From: an uncultured bacterium
GTDB lineage: Bacteria > Patescibacteriota > Microgenomatia > UBA1400 > UBA12108
Assembly (NCBI GenBank): GCA_903945195.1
Contig: CAJAUT010000013.1
Coordinates: forward strand, 11,473-75,472
Direction: 5' to 3'
Length of the DNA stretch: 64,000 nucleotides
Shown: positions 49,388-59,003 of the stretch, piece by piece
Layout of the letters: the number at the start of each line of letters is the position of its first letter
Numbering within the stretch: the first letter of the stretch is position 1
Notes under the pieces: generated by a model
What the model saw: the letters and a program-made list of their open reading frames with translations, nothing else
Database searches by the model: none
What the model was told of the DNA's origin: nothing
Translations under genes and position numbers: made by a program

Positions 49388-49709
49388 CCTCCTCTAGCTC
49401 AACAAGAATATGTGAAGTGCGTTTCATGATGGAATGAGCCATTCCACGAGAAACTGCTCTGAATCTTTTGTAGGTAGGACCTTCTTGGACATCTAGAGTT
49501 TTGAAGGCTAGCTTGTCGACGGAGAGACCCTTTTGTTCTTTGGCGTTTGAGACAGCTGCGTGGATAGCTTTATACATTGGCTCAGCTGCAGATTTGCTCG
49601 TAAATTTGAGGTGCAATAAAGCTTGCTCAGGTGACAAAACCCTGACAGCATCGGCTACGAGACGTAGCTTTCTGGCACTGGTTCTGATGTATTTTTGTAT
49701 TGTTTTCAT
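49365..49709 (-). CDS. rplV: 50S ribosomal protein L22
   Basis: uL22 pattern. Confidence 0.9.
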   Translation of the reverse strand: MKTIQKYIRTSARKLRLVADAVRVLSPEQALLHLKFTSKSAAEPMYKAIHAAVSNAKEQKGLSVDKLAFKTLDVQEGPTYKRFRAVSRGMAHSIMKRTSHILVELEEVVHGAKS

Positions 49710-49713
49710 ATTT

Positions 49714-49998
49714 TTATGTTTTGGTCAGTGTACGTTTAACGATCTTACCGTGACCACGGAAGGTACGAGTTGGGGAGAATTCTCCTAGTTTGTGACCTAC
49801 CATGCCTCCAGAGACAAATACTTCTTTAAAGACGCGGCCATTGTGTACAAGGAAAGTACAACCAACAAATTCTGGTGGAACTGTGCAAGCACGTGCCCAA
49901 GTTTTGATTGGCATTTTAGTACCAGTTGATGCGGCTTTCATGACTTTTGCCAAAAGCTTTGCGTCAATGAATGGACCTTTTGCGGCACTGCGACTCAT
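49714..49998 (-). CDS. rpsS: 30S ribosomal protein S19
   Basis: uS19 pattern. Confidence 0.9.
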   Translation of the reverse strand: MSRSAAKGPFIDAKLLAKVMKAASTGTKMPIKTWARACTVPPEFVGCTFLVHNGRVFKEVFVSGGMVGHKLGEFSPTRTFRGHGKIVKRTLTKT

Positions 49999-49999
49999 T

Positions 50000-50827
50000 T
50001 TATTTTACTCTCCTGTCTTTAATAATATATTTGTTCGAGTACTTGTATTTACCTCTAGTCTTGTAACCTAGAGCTGGTTTGCCCCATGGAGTCTTTGGTC
50101 CTGGCATACCGATACCGGATCTGCCTTCACCACCACCATGTGGATGGCTGCCTGGATGTTGTGCAATACCACGAACAGAAGGACGCCAGCCCATGTGACG
50201 TTTACGTCCTGCTTTTCCAATCTTGCGGTTCTTGTGTTCCAGATTTGAGACCTGGCCGATTGTAGCAAAACATTCGCCTTTAATCAATCTTACTTCACCT
50301 GATGGAAGCTTTACAGTGACAAATTCACCCTCTTTAGACTGAATCATGGCCATAGTACCGGCAGATCTGACGATCTGACCACCGCGACCAGATTTTAGTT
50401 CAAGATTGTGAATAGGTAGACCAATAGGGATTTTTTTCATAGGTAGTGAGTTGCCTACGCGTGGCTCTACATCTGGTCCTGAGACAATAAGAGAATCAAC
50501 TGCTAGGGTGTCTGGACAAAGAATATAGCGTTTTTCACCATCTCTGTAGTAGAGAAGAGCGATGTTGGCTGATCTGTTTGGATCATATTCGATAGTCACT
50601 ACGCGTGCTTCTACACCTGGCTTGTTGCGTTTGTAGTCGATGATGCGATATCTACGCTTTTCACCACCGCCACGATGACGAGTTGTGACGTGACCATGAG
50701 CATTGCGACCAGAATTTTGTTTGTGAGGAGAAGTTAATGATTTTTCTGGACTAGTAGCAGTTAAGCCACGGTCGAAGCTGACTTGGTGACGCATCCCGGC
50801 TGAGGTAGGTTTTTTAGCTATTAACAT
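50000..50827 (-). CDS. rplB: 50S ribosomal protein L2
   Basis: uL2 pattern (GRNA..G). Confidence 0.9.
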   Translation of the reverse strand: MLIAKKPTSAGMRHQVSFDRGLTATSPEKSLTSPHKQNSGRNAHGHVTTRHRGGGEKRRYRIIDYKRNKPGVEARVVTIEYDPNRSANIALLYYRDGEKRYILCPDTLAVDSLIVSGPDVEPRVGNSLPMKKIPIGLPIHNLELKSGRGGQIVRSAGTMAMIQSKEGEFVTVKLPSGEVRLIKGECFATIGQVSNLEHKNRKIGKAGRKRHMGWRPSVRGIAQHPGSHPHGGGEGRSGIGMPGPKTPWGKPALGYKTRGKYKYSNKYIIKDRRVK

Positions 50828-50828
50828 A

Positions 50829-51116
50829 TTACTTTCCCTCTTTCAGATCAAATAAATCAATGGTCTGACCTTTTTTGAGTTTCAACATGGCAAATTTCTT
50901 GAAAGAAGAATTACCTTTGATGCGCTTACTGCCAGTTGACTTGGCTGGTACGTGACGTCTAGTCATATTTATACCAACAACATTAACTTTGAAAGTAGTC
51001 TCTACTTCGACTCTAGCCATAGATTTAGAAGTATCTAGAGTAACTTCAAAAGTATAAAGCCCTTGACTGGCGGCCATCATAGATTTTTCGGTGATGACAG
51101 GACGAATTAGAGTCAT
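50829..51116 (-). CDS. rplW: 50S ribosomal protein L23
   Basis: uL23 pattern. Confidence 0.9.
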   Translation of the reverse strand: MTLIRPVITEKSMMAASQGLYTFEVTLDTSKSMARVEVETTFKVNVVGINMTRRHVPAKSTGSKRIKGNSSFKKFAMLKLKKGQTIDLFDLKEGK

Positions 51117-51763
51117 ATGGACCTTCCTGTGATAGTAGATAAGGCTTTTTTGGTCAAGATGAGTGAGTCTACGGATACCAAGTCTAGAGCGTTGACGAGA
51201 GCTGCTCTTTTCATAGTGACACCCTGGAGATTACCGATTGATTGATAAAGTGAAGAGGCAGCAGCATCGGTAACAATCAGTACTTTGTTTTTTGGATGGG
51301 ATGCGAGTTTGGACAATAGTTCTACCATACTAGCGGTCTTGCCAGAGAATTTTTTGACTCCTGAGATACCTACAATGGCGTTATCTGCCATTTTGGACTG
51401 CATAGCTGATGCTAGTGCGCGTCTGCGCATAGCTTTAGGGAGAATCATGTTTTCTGGTCTGACGCCAGTTGGACCATGTGCTATACCACCACCTACAAAG
51501 ATTGGGGCATATTTGGCACCGTGTCTAGCGTTGCCCGTACCTTTTTGGCGGAAGATTTTTTTGGTGGAACCATTTACTTCCCCACGAGTTAGGACTTTGT
51601 GTGTTTTTTGATGAGAATTGGAGATGTATATACGGACAGCTTGAGATAGAATTGCGTCGTTTTTGGCTCCAAAGAGAGTGTCTTCGATTTTCCAAGTTTC
51701 TAGTTCTTTGCCTTTTGTATCGTAGACTTTGATATTCATATTATTCCTTTGATCCTTCGACAA
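51113..51763 (-). CDS. rplD: 50S ribosomal protein L4
   Basis: uL4 pattern. Confidence 0.9.
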   Translation of the reverse strand: MSKDQRNNMNIKVYDTKGKELETWKIEDTLFGAKNDAILSQAVRIYISNSHQKTHKVLTRGEVNGSTKKIFRQKGTGNARHGAKYAPIFVGGGIAHGPTGVRPENMILPKAMRRRALASAMQSKMADNAIVGISGVKKFSGKTASMVELLSKLASHPKNKVLIVTDAAASSLYQSIGNLQGVTMKRAALVNALDLVSVDSLILTKKALSTITGRSI

Positions 51764-52445
51764 GCTCAGGACTTGTCTGAGCGGAGTCAGACGCAGCTTC
51801 TACTACTTTTTCAACTATTTTTGGGAGACCGCCGGAAAGATAGGAGATGACGCCTGCATCTTTTTGGTCTACTACTTCTAGACGAACCAAAGAGTGACGG
51901 CTACCTGGAACTGGGCCTGTAACCCAGACGATGTTTGAGGATTCATCAAATGCTACGACCATGGATTTTTTCATGGTGACGGTGTCTGAGCCCATGCGAC
52001 CTGGCATTTTTTTGCCTTTATGGACACGACCTGGAGTAGTGCCTTGACCGATTGAGCCTGGAGCACGAAGACGATCAGATTGGCCGTGAGTACGAGGACC
52101 ACCGGCGAAGTTCCAGCGTTTTACAACGCCAGCAAAACCTTTGCCTTTGGAAGTACCTTGGATATCGCAGATAGAACCGATTGAGACGACATCTTTAGGA
52201 TTTATAACTGAGCCTACTTCTAGACCTTCCTCAAAACCCATTTCGCGATTTTTGTTTACTTTTCTTTGAGTATGTTTTTTGGGGGCTCCAAAACCGACTT
52301 GGATAGCATTATAGCCATCTTTTTCGGTATTTTTGAGCTGAGTGACGGTCATAGGATAAAGAGCAATTTTTGTTGCACCTCTACGGGTCTCGCCTAGATA
52401 GACTTCCCCCATTTCAACTTTTTTGCCGTATATTACTTTGGTCAT
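51741..52445 (-). CDS. rplC: 50S ribosomal protein L3
   Basis: uL3 pattern. Confidence 0.9.
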   Translation of the reverse strand: MTKVIYGKKVEMGEVYLGETRRGATKIALYPMTVTQLKNTEKDGYNAIQVGFGAPKKHTQRKVNKNREMGFEEGLEVGSVINPKDVVSIGSICDIQGTSKGKGFAGVVKRWNFAGGPRTHGQSDRLRAPGSIGQGTTPGRVHKGKKMPGRMGSDTVTMKKSMVVAFDESSNIVWVTGPVPGSRHSLVRLEVVDQKDAGVISYLSGGLPKIVEKVVEAASDSAQTSPELVEGSKE

Positions 52446-52452
52446 AGAATTT

Positions 52453-52761
52453 TTACATCTTTACTTCGATGCCTACTCCTGCTGGAAGCTCAAGGTGCAT
52501 GAGAGCATCAATGGTCTTGCCTGTTGGTGAACCAATGTCGATTAAGCGTTTGTGGGTCAAGATCTGGAAATGTTCACGAGCGTTTTTGTCGACGTGAGGA
52601 GAAGTTAAAACTACCATGAGCTTGCGACGAGTAGGCAAAGGTACTGGACCAATGATGGAAGCGCCTGTGGAGATAGCGGTATCGACAATTTTTTGAGCGG
52701 CTTCGTCGATGACTCTGTGGTCAAATGATTTTAGCTTGACTCTAATTCTTTGTGCTACCAT
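52453..52761 (-). CDS. rpsJ: 30S ribosomal protein S10 (internal Met start [14 protein letters not shown])
   Basis: uS10 core of about 102 aa. Confidence 0.85.
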   Translation of the reverse strand: MVAQRIRVKLKSFDHRVIDEAAQKIVDTAISTGASIIGPVPLPTRRKLMVVLTSPHVDKNAREHFQILTHKRLIDIGSPTGKTIDALMHLELPAGVGIEVKM

Positions 52762-52794
52762 ACTTGGTCCCTTTTTATGTTTCAAGATTTTTAA

Positions 52795-52872
52795 GAGAGG
52801 AGTGCTACTGTGGTAGGACTCCTCTCCCTTTGCTCTATGAGGGTAACTCATGAGCTAATTTTGTATATTATA
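52795..52872 (-). promoter_or_regulatory. S10-operon leader: candidate promoter (TTGGCT, 17-nt spacer, TATAAT overlapping tuf stop) and a 9-bp stem-loop gagaggagt/actcctctc (52795..52826)
   Basis: Hexamers and hairpin read on minus strand; position analogous to the L4-regulated S10 leader in other bacteria. Confidence 0.35.
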
Positions 52873-52874
52873 CC

Positions 52875-54074
52875 TTATTTCTTTGCGTCAGCCAAGATCT
52901 TGGTGATAACACCAGCTCCGACTGTTTTGCCACCTTCGCGGATAGCGAAGCGTAGACCTTCTTCCATAGCCACTGGGACTATGAGTTTGACGGTCATTTT
53001 GGCATCATCTCCTGGCATAACCATCTCTACTCCTTCTGGGAGTTTGATGTCACCAGTCACGTCTGTGGTACGGATGTAGAACTGAGGTTTGTAGCCTGAG
53101 AAGAATGGAGTGTGACGTCCACCCTCTTCCTTGGTGAGCACGTAAACTTGAGCTTCGAAATCGGTGTGTGGCTTGATACTGCCAGGTTTGGCAATAACTT
53201 GACCGCGCTCGATGTCTTCTTTTTCAACACCGCGGAGAAGGACGCCGACGTTGTCGCCTGCTTGACCCTCATCGAGTTGTTTGCGGAACATTTCGACACC
53301 GGTAACGACAGTTTTTTTGTCTTTACCCATACCGACGATTTCCATTTCTTCGCCGATTTTACAGACACCTCTTTCAATACGACCTGTGGCAACTGTGCCA
53401 CGACCTTTGATAGAGAAAACGTCTTCGACAGGCATAAGGAATGGCTTGTCTAGGGCGCGCTCTGGAGTTGGGATGTACTGATCCACCTTGTCCATAAGTT
53501 CTTGGACTTTGGCTTCCCAGGTAGCATCGCCTTCGAGGGCTTTGAGGGCTGAGACACGAACGATTGGGATTTCTTCTCCAGGATAGTCATATTTGGTCAA
53601 GAGATCGCGGATTTCCATTTCGACTAGGTCAAGAAGCTCAGCGTCGTCAACCATGTCGCATTTGTTTAGGGCGACAACTAGTTTAGGAACGTTGACTTGT
53701 TTGGCTAGCAAGATGTGTTCGCGAGTCTGAGGCATAGGACCATCAGTTGCGGCAACGACTAGAATAGCACCGTCCATCTGAGCAGCACCGGTGATCATGT
53801 TTTTGATGTAGTCAGCATGACCTGGAGCATCGATGTGAGCGTAGTGACGTGCTTCGGTTTCGTATTCTTGATGGGAGAGATTGATTGTGACACCGCGCTG
53901 TCTCTCTTCTGGAGCGGAGTCGATATCTGCGTAGGAACGAGCAACAGCTAGACCCTTTTTGGCTAGAACGGAAGTAATAGCAGCAGTGAGGGTGGTTTTG
54001 CCGTGATCGACGTGACCGATGGTCCCGATGTTGATATGTGGTTTACTGCGTACATATTTAGCGACGTCTGCCAT
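52875..54074 (-). CDS. tuf: elongation factor Tu (ATG start MADVAKY...; the track's 5' extension is not part of EF-Tu)
   Basis: [20 protein letters not shown]-motifs. Confidence 0.9.
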   Translation of the reverse strand: MADVAKYVRSKPHINIGTIGHVDHGKTTLTAAITSVLAKKGLAVARSYADIDSAPEERQRGVTINLSHQEYETEARHYAHIDAPGHADYIKNMITGAAQMDGAILVVAATDGPMPQTREHILLAKQVNVPKLVVALNKCDMVDDAELLDLVEMEIRDLLTKYDYPGEEIPIVRVSALKALEGDATWEAKVQELMDKVDQYIPTPERALDKPFLMPVEDVFSIKGRGTVATGRIERGVCKIGEEMEIVGMGKDKKTVVTGVEMFRKQLDEGQAGDNVGVLLRGVEKEDIERGQVIAKPGSIKPHTDFEAQVYVLTKEEGGRHTPFFSGYKPQFYIRTTDVTGDIKLPEGVEMVMPGDDAKMTVKLIVPVAMEEGLRFAIREGGKTVGAGVITKILADAKK

Positions 54075-54108
54075 ATGATCTCCCTTTCGGCGTTGCTCAG
54101 GGCAAGCC

Positions 54109-56235
54109 TTACTTGTTTTCTTTATTAATAATTTTGTCAGCAATGTTGCTTGGGACGGGGTCGTAATGGCTCATTTCCATGTACGAACTGGCTCGACCCT
54201 GGGTCATGCTTCTAAGTATTGTAACATAGCGAGATAGCTCAGACAAGGGAACAATGGCGTTGATCACGCGCACATTTCCTCTTTGGCTGGTACCTAATAC
54301 TTGACCACGTTTACTAGAGATATCGCCGATCACATCTCCCATGAAATCTTCGGGCGTGGTGATCTCTAGCTTCATGATTGGTTCTAAGATGATTGGGGTA
54401 GCTTGTCTCACGGCGGATTGGATGGCCATAGAACCTGCGATCTTGAAGGCAATTTCACTCGAGTCGACATCGTGGAACGAACCATCGTAAAGGGTGACCT
54501 CTATATCAACCAAGTTGAAGCCGGCAATAATACCGTTTTCTAGGGCTTCTCTGACACCCTTTTCAACTGGGGTGATGAATTCTTTAGGAATGACACCACC
54601 AACGATGGCGTTGACAAATTTGACACCTTCACCACGTGGAAGAGGTTTGATACGGAGATAACAATGACCATATTGACCACGACCACCTGATTGCTTGATG
54701 TATTTACCTTCGGCATCGGCGTCTTTTGTGATGGTTTCGCGGTAGGCAACCTGTGGATTACCCACATTGGCGTCTACGTTGAACTCGCGCTTCATGCGGT
54801 CGACGATGATTTCTAGATGTAGTTCGCCCATGCCAGCGATCAAGGTCTGACCAGTTTCTTGGTTGGTGCGGATCTTGAAGGTAGGATCTTCTTCGGCTAA
54901 TCTAGCAAGAGCCATACCCATCTTTTCCTGATCGGCTTTGGTTTTTGGTTCGATAGAGAGTGAGATAACTGGCTCGGCAAAAGAGATACCTTCGAGCATG
55001 ATTGGATGGTCTGGAACACAGAGAGTGTCGCCGGTGCGCGTATCTTTCATGCCTACGACACCTACGATCTCACCTGCAACTGCCTCTGGTACTTCTTCGC
55101 GATCATTAGCGTGCATTAAGACGAGACGTCCGACGCGCTCGGTCTTGTCTCTTGTGGCATTGTAGATATAGGAGCCACTTGTGATCTTGCCTGAGTAAAC
55201 GCGGAGATATGTGAGCTTGCCAATGTGTGGATCTGCTTGGATTTTAAAAGACAAGCCTGCAAAAGGTTCTTTGACATCTGGCTTGCGGATAGCTACTTCG
55301 TCGGTACCTGGCACTTTACCTTCGGCTGGAGGAACGTCGAGTGGAGACGGTAGGTAGTCGACGACACCATCAAGTAGTGGCTGGACACCTTTGTTGCGAA
55401 GTGAAGTACCACAATACATAGGTACGAGCTTGTAGGCGATGGTTGCGGCGCGGAGGGCTTTTTTGAGCTCAACGAGAGTTGGGACAACGCCATCTAGATA
55501 TTTCTCAAGGAGAACATCGTCGGTTTCACAGATTTGCTCAATGAGATGAGCGCGCTCACGAGCTACTTCTTCGATCATGTCTTCTGGGATAGGACCTACT
55601 GTGTAAGCTGCGCCTGTTTCGTCGCCGGCCCAGATGACTGATTGCTCTTCAAGTAGCATGACGACGCCCTTGAAGGAATTTTCGGCGCCAATTGGATAGG
55701 TGACGATCGCGGTATGGGCGCCTAGTTTTTCTTCGACGTCGGCAAGGGTGTGCTTGAAGTCGGCACCCATCTTGTCCATTTTGTTGACGAAACAGATACG
55801 AGGCACTTTATATTTGTCTGCTTGGCGCCAGACAGTTTCGGATTGGGACTGGACACCTTCTTCGGCATCTAGCACTGTGACACCACCATCTAGCACGCGC
55901 AGACTACGCTCTACTTCGGCGGTGAAGTCGACGTGTCCTGGTGTGTCGATCAAGTTGATGCGATATTGGTCGGTAAAGAGAGATTTGGGGAGTTTGGGTG
56001 TCCAGAAAGTGGTGGTAGCGGCGGAGACGATTGTGATACCGCGCTCTTTTTCTTGCTCCATCCAGTCCATCTGGGTATTACCATCATCGATGTCACCAAT
56101 CTTGTAGGACTTGCCAGTGTAGAAAAGGATGCGTTCTGAGGTTGTGGTTTTACCCGCGTCGATGTGGGCGATGATGCCGATATTGCGGATTTTATCCATT
56201 GCTAGTTGACGATCTTGTGTTTTGACGATGGCCAT
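54109..56235 (-). CDS. fusA: elongation factor G
   Basis: [19 protein letters not shown]-motifs; five-domain length. Confidence 0.9.
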   Translation of the reverse strand: MAIVKTQDRQLAMDKIRNIGIIAHIDAGKTTTSERILFYTGKSYKIGDIDDGNTQMDWMEQEKERGITIVSAATTTFWTPKLPKSLFTDQYRINLIDTPGHVDFTAEVERSLRVLDGGVTVLDAEEGVQSQSETVWRQADKYKVPRICFVNKMDKMGADFKHTLADVEEKLGAHTAIVTYPIGAENSFKGVVMLLEEQSVIWAGDETGAAYTVGPIPEDMIEEVARERAHLIEQICETDDVLLEKYLDGVVPTLVELKKALRAATIAYKLVPMYCGTSLRNKGVQPLLDGVVDYLPSPLDVPPAEGKVPGTDEVAIRKPDVKEPFAGLSFKIQADPHIGKLTYLRVYSGKITSGSYIYNATRDKTERVGRLVLMHANDREEVPEAVAGEIVGVVGMKDTRTGDTLCVPDHPIMLEGISFAEPVISLSIEPKTKADQEKMGMALARLAEEDPTFKIRTNQETGQTLIAGMGELHLEIIVDRMKREFNVDANVGNPQVAYRETITKDADAEGKYIKQSGGRGQYGHCYLRIKPLPRGEGVKFVNAIVGGVIPKEFITPVEKGVREALENGIIAGFNLVDIEVTLYDGSFHDVDSSEIAFKIAGSMAIQSAVRQATPIILEPIMKLEITTPEDFMGDVIGDISSKRGQVLGTSQRGNVRVINAIVPLSELSRYVTILRSMTQGRASSYMEMSHYDPVPSNIADKIINKENK

Positions 56236-56327
56236 ATAGATTTAATCCTAAATCTTAAATTCTCAAATTCTCAAGTTAAGAGAGCTTTGAGCGACAAATA
56301 ATTACTCAAACTAATGAGGCAGGGTGT

Positions 56328-56357
56328 ATTGTACTCTATACTCAGGCACTTGAGCAA
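56328..56357 (-). promoter_or_regulatory. candidate fusA-tuf promoter (TTGCTC, 18-nt spacer, TACAAT)
   Basis: Read on minus strand in the spacer between the small ORF and fusA. Confidence 0.35.
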
Positions 56358-56369
56358 GAGATCTGGGAG

Positions 56370-56546
56370 TTACTCGGCTGCGTTCTTCACGGCTTCTTCC
56401 TCTAAAAATTGAGCTCGTGCTCGTGCGTTCTTAGCATCTTCCGTAAGTCCATCTTTTTCCGCCAATTTTGCTGTCAAGATCAAATCGGCATGCTGATCTA
56501 CCACGAGAGTGGTTGGTGTTGCTGTAACTGCAGTCTCTACTACCAT
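56370..56546 (-). CDS. small protein (58 aa) with strong Shine-Dalgarno (GGAGGA, 7 nt spacing); not in ORF track
   Basis: MVVETAVTATPTTLVVDQHADLILTAKLAEKDGLTEDAKNARARAQFLEEEAVKNAAE; own promoter 56579..56607. Confidence 0.45.
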   Translation of the reverse strand: MVVETAVTATPTTLVVDQHADLILTAKLAEKDGLTEDAKNARARAQFLEEEAVKNAAE

Positions 56547-56578
56547 AATTCTTCCTCCAATTTATTAATCTAAAGAGG

Positions 56579-56607
56579 ATTATCGAGAGAGAGAGAGAGT
56601 TTGTCAA
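56579..56607 (-). promoter_or_regulatory. strong sigma70-like promoter TTGACA, 17-nt spacer, GATAAT whose spacer is almost entirely a (CT)7 microsatellite
   Basis: -35 at 56602..56607, -10 at 56579..56584, repeat 56585..56599 (GA)7G on the plus strand. Confidence 0.5.
56585..56599. repeat. (GA)7G dinucleotide microsatellite forming the promoter spacer
   Basis: gagagagagagagag. Confidence 0.9.
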
Positions 56608-56640
56608 ATTGATAGGGAAAAACAAGGTTCGGAACTTTGT

Positions 56641-57441
56641 TTATTTAAGAAAATTTTTCTTAGTGACGATGGATTTGCCTAGGCGGGTTTCTAGAGCTGT
56701 GCGGGCGTCGCCAGCGATCTTGCCACCAGCCACAGCATCAGATTTGAGTTTTGGATAACCTTTTGAGTCCTCGGTACGATGGATCTCGGTAGTGGCGCGC
56801 TCGCCGAGCATGGTAAAGATGAGCTCAAGATCGTCCATGTGGTCACGGAGATTTTGATGTTTGAGCGATTTGATCTTTCGATATTCGCTCGGCGTCACTC
56901 CAAAAGTAGCTTTGCTGATCTCGGCAGTTAAAATCTCATATTCTCTACCCTCGTTGGCTCCGCGGTCCTTCCACTCTTGTGTTAACTCTTCCCGAATTGC
57001 GATGCCACGCATCCTTTTCTCGATCCAACTGTCTGGATACCCCTTGGCTTTATATAGTGCTCTGGTGCGCTTGGTGGCAAGCTCGGGGTCTTCGATCTCC
57101 TGAATCCGCTCGTAGCCAACTTTTGCAAGCCAGCGTTTGAAAGGCTCGGCTTTTGGTGAAGGGATGGACTGGATGATGCGAAAAATACCTTCTGTATTTG
57201 CACAAACAATATTTTGCACTCCGCCGGCAGTTTTGATTGGAAGGGGGTGTTCAATTTGAACCCACCCTTTGAATAACTCTTCATCTCGATTTAACATGTT
57301 CTGGAGATATTGCTTTGGGTTTTGTGAATCAGTTAATGCAGCAATTACATCAACAATCACAAACCACCATTCATTTTTATAAATAGTTTTTCGAATTTCT
57401 TTTTGATGGAAGATGGCTATACGAGTCTCTGAGTCTGTCAT
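56641..57441 (-). CDS. Bro-N domain / DinD-like (DNA-damage-inducible protein D-like) protein; ATG 57441 preferred over TTG 57459
   Basis: N-terminal Bro-N-like pattern (IAIFHQKEIRKTIYKNEWWFVIVDVIAAL); C-terminal similarity to E. coli DinD (NLRDHM..EL...E...). Confidence 0.5.
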   Translation of the reverse strand: MTDSETRIAIFHQKEIRKTIYKNEWWFVIVDVIAALTDSQNPKQYLQNMLNRDEELFKGWVQIEHPLPIKTAGGVQNIVCANTEGIFRIIQSIPSPKAEPFKRWLAKVGYERIQEIEDPELATKRTRALYKAKGYPDSWIEKRMRGIAIREELTQEWKDRGANEGREYEILTAEISKATFGVTPSEYRKIKSLKHQNLRDHMDDLELIFTMLGERATTEIHRTEDSKGYPKLKSDAVAGGKIAGDARTALETRLGKSIVTKKNFLK

Positions 57442-57461
57442 ATTTCCATGATCCCCCAATG

Positions 57462-57488
57462 TAACACGAATGTCAATATGTGTATAAT
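57462..57488. promoter_or_regulatory. divergent promoter region: minus-strand ATTGACATTCGTGT module (leaderless geometry for 56641..57441) and plus-strand perfect TATAAT (57483..57488) for tgt
   Basis: Third instance of the TTGACATTCG module; -10 GATCAT ends 7 nt before ATG 57441. Confidence 0.4.
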
Positions 57489-57532
57489 CTCAAGATATCC
57501 CCCTTCGTTCTGGGGGAACTACGGAGGAACAC

Positions 57533-58678
57533 GTGCAAGATAATTTTAGAATGTTAAATGGGCAGACACTGCCATATCCACTGTTTTTCCCGGATGCTAC
57601 GAGGGGTGAGGTAAGACAGCTGACATTTGAGGATGTAAAAATGGTTGGGTTACCAGGGATACTCGTAAATACCTTTCATCTACTGAGACTAGTGGGGACA
57701 GAGAAAACCGTGGCAGCTGGTGGAATACATAAATACCTGGGATGGGACGGCGCTATGATATCTGACTCTGGAGGATTTCAGGTAATGTCGATCGCCAAGA
57801 AATATGGGGGAAACAGCACTGTGACGGATGAGGGTGTGACATTCACTCTCGACGGCATTGATCATCATTTCTCCCCCGAAGATTCAATTAAATATCAGAT
57901 GGCGATGGGGACTGACCTAATGGTGGTGCTAGATGACTTCACCCCACCGGATGCCACACATGAAGAAGCGGAGGTCACGGTAAATAGGACGACACTTTGG
58001 GCAAAGAGATGTAAGGAAGAATTCAACAGGCTGCAAAGTTCCGATCACTCGCCTAAAATCACGCAAGGATCGGAACTAGGGAACAAAAGACCTTATCTGA
58101 TTGGGGTGGTACAGGGAGGAGAATACGAAGACCTGAGACTAAAGAGCATTAAAGAGCTGATGGAAATTGGGTTTGATGGGTACGGTTATGGAGGATTCCC
58201 CATGAAAGATGGGAAATTTGATGAGGCAATGGCAAAGTTTATGGCGGACAATTTGCCAAAAGATACCGTATTGTATGGCCTAGGAATAGGTAAACCAGAT
58301 GATATTGTGAAATGCGTGAACCTAGGATGGCAGATATTTGATTGTGTCCTACCAACAAGGGACGCCCGCCACGGACGGCTTTATGTATATACCAATGAAC
58401 CTGCCCGCAGTGCTTACAGCACAGCTGTTGCAGGCGGGTCGATTCAACGGATCAATGTGCAAAAAGATGGATTTTATGAATATTACAACCCTAGACAGGC
58501 GTTACATCTCGAAGAAACTGGGCCGGTTAGTAGTGCGTGTGATTGCGAACTGTGCACGAGTTTGAGCCGCAAAGAATTTGCTACCATGTGGAGAGCGCGA
58601 GATGAAAAAGTGCTGCGACTAGCCACGATCCATAACCTTAGGTTTTATGCGATACTGATGGAAAAATTGAGGAAATGA
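57533..58678 (+). CDS. tgt: queuine tRNA-ribosyltransferase (GTG start with GGAGGA Shine-Dalgarno)
   Basis: DSGGFQ, LMVVLDDFTPP, VQGG, GFDGYGYGG, FDCVLPTRDARHG, CDCELC...H zinc site; about 28-aa lineage-specific insertion before the zinc site. Confidence 0.8.
   Translation: MQDNFRMLNGQTLPYPLFFPDATRGEVRQLTFEDVKMVGLPGILVNTFHLLRLVGTEKTVAAGGIHKYLGWDGAMISDSGGFQVMSIAKKYGGNSTVTDEGVTFTLDGIDHHFSPEDSIKYQMAMGTDLMVVLDDFTPPDATHEEAEVTVNRTTLWAKRCKEEFNRLQSSDHSPKITQGSELGNKRPYLIGVVQGGEYEDLRLKSIKELMEIGFDGYGYGGFPMKDGKFDEAMAKFMADNLPKDTVLYGLGIGKPDDIVKCVNLGWQIFDCVLPTRDARHGRLYVYTNEPARSAYSTAVAGGSIQRINVQKDGFYEYYNPRQALHLEETGPVSSACDCELCTSLSRKEFATMWRARDEKVLRLATIHNLRFYAILMEKLRK
58399..58440. repeat. 42-nt repeat, exact copy of 11..52, in-frame inside tgt (encodes EPARSAYSTAVAGGS)
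   Basis: Direct comparison. Confidence 0.8.
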
Positions 58679-58690
58679 TAAGATAAAAAT

Positions 58691-58999
58691 ATGGTAGAGA
58701 TAATTGCGATTGTAGTGGCACTATGGCTACTTGGGGTGATAAATATCCCATGGCTCACTATGCCCCACTTCCCCGTTTTTTCTGTGCTTGGTTATAGCGT
58801 GACTATCCAGAGACTCCTGATCTTTGGGATTGTCATCTGGTTGGCATCGAGCTTGGGATCGCCTTTTCGCCAGATGCTGTGGGTATTTTTTATCTTATGG
58901 CTCCTGTCGACACTCGGAATAATAGGGACAATCGCGATGGGGACTTTGATTCTTGTTTCGATTGTGGTGGGACTGATACTTTCGGTCGTGCAAAAATAA
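58691..58999 (+). CDS. small hydrophobic membrane protein (3 TM)
   Basis: Hydrophobicity; 12 nt after tgt. Confidence 0.4.
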   Translation: MVEIIAIVVALWLLGVINIPWLTMPHFPVFSVLGYSVTIQRLLIFGIVIWLASSLGSPFRQMLWVFFILWLLSTLGIIGTIAMGTLILVSIVVGLILSVVQK

Positions 59000-59003
59000 T
59001 ATT

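Noticed and set aside
56431-56625. 64-aa minus-strand ORF from the track
   Set aside because: It runs across the TTGACA/(CT)7/GATAAT promoter and overlaps out of frame the Shine-Dalgarno-preceded 58-aa ORF, and it has no Shine-Dalgarno of its own. It was treated as spurious.
58438-58457. 12-mer tcgattcaacgg shared between tgt and the palindrome element at 12475..12490
   Set aside because: A single 12-nt coincidence among many possible 12-mers has a non-negligible chance expectation (about 0.2 in 128 kb searched on both strands). There is no extended flanking similarity.
57533-58678. tgt as a DpdA-type DNA-modifying Tgt paralogue (because of Bro-N/nuclease neighbours)
   Set aside because: All canonical tRNA-guanine transglycosylase motifs (DSGGFQ, VQGG, FDCVLPTRDARHG, CxCxxC...H) are present, so it was called canonical tgt.
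58691-58999. Membrane protein after tgt as YajC (tgt-yajC-secDF synteny in E. coli)
   Set aside because: It is entirely hydrophobic with about 3 TM and lacks the soluble YajC domain, and secDF is elsewhere (18338..20513).
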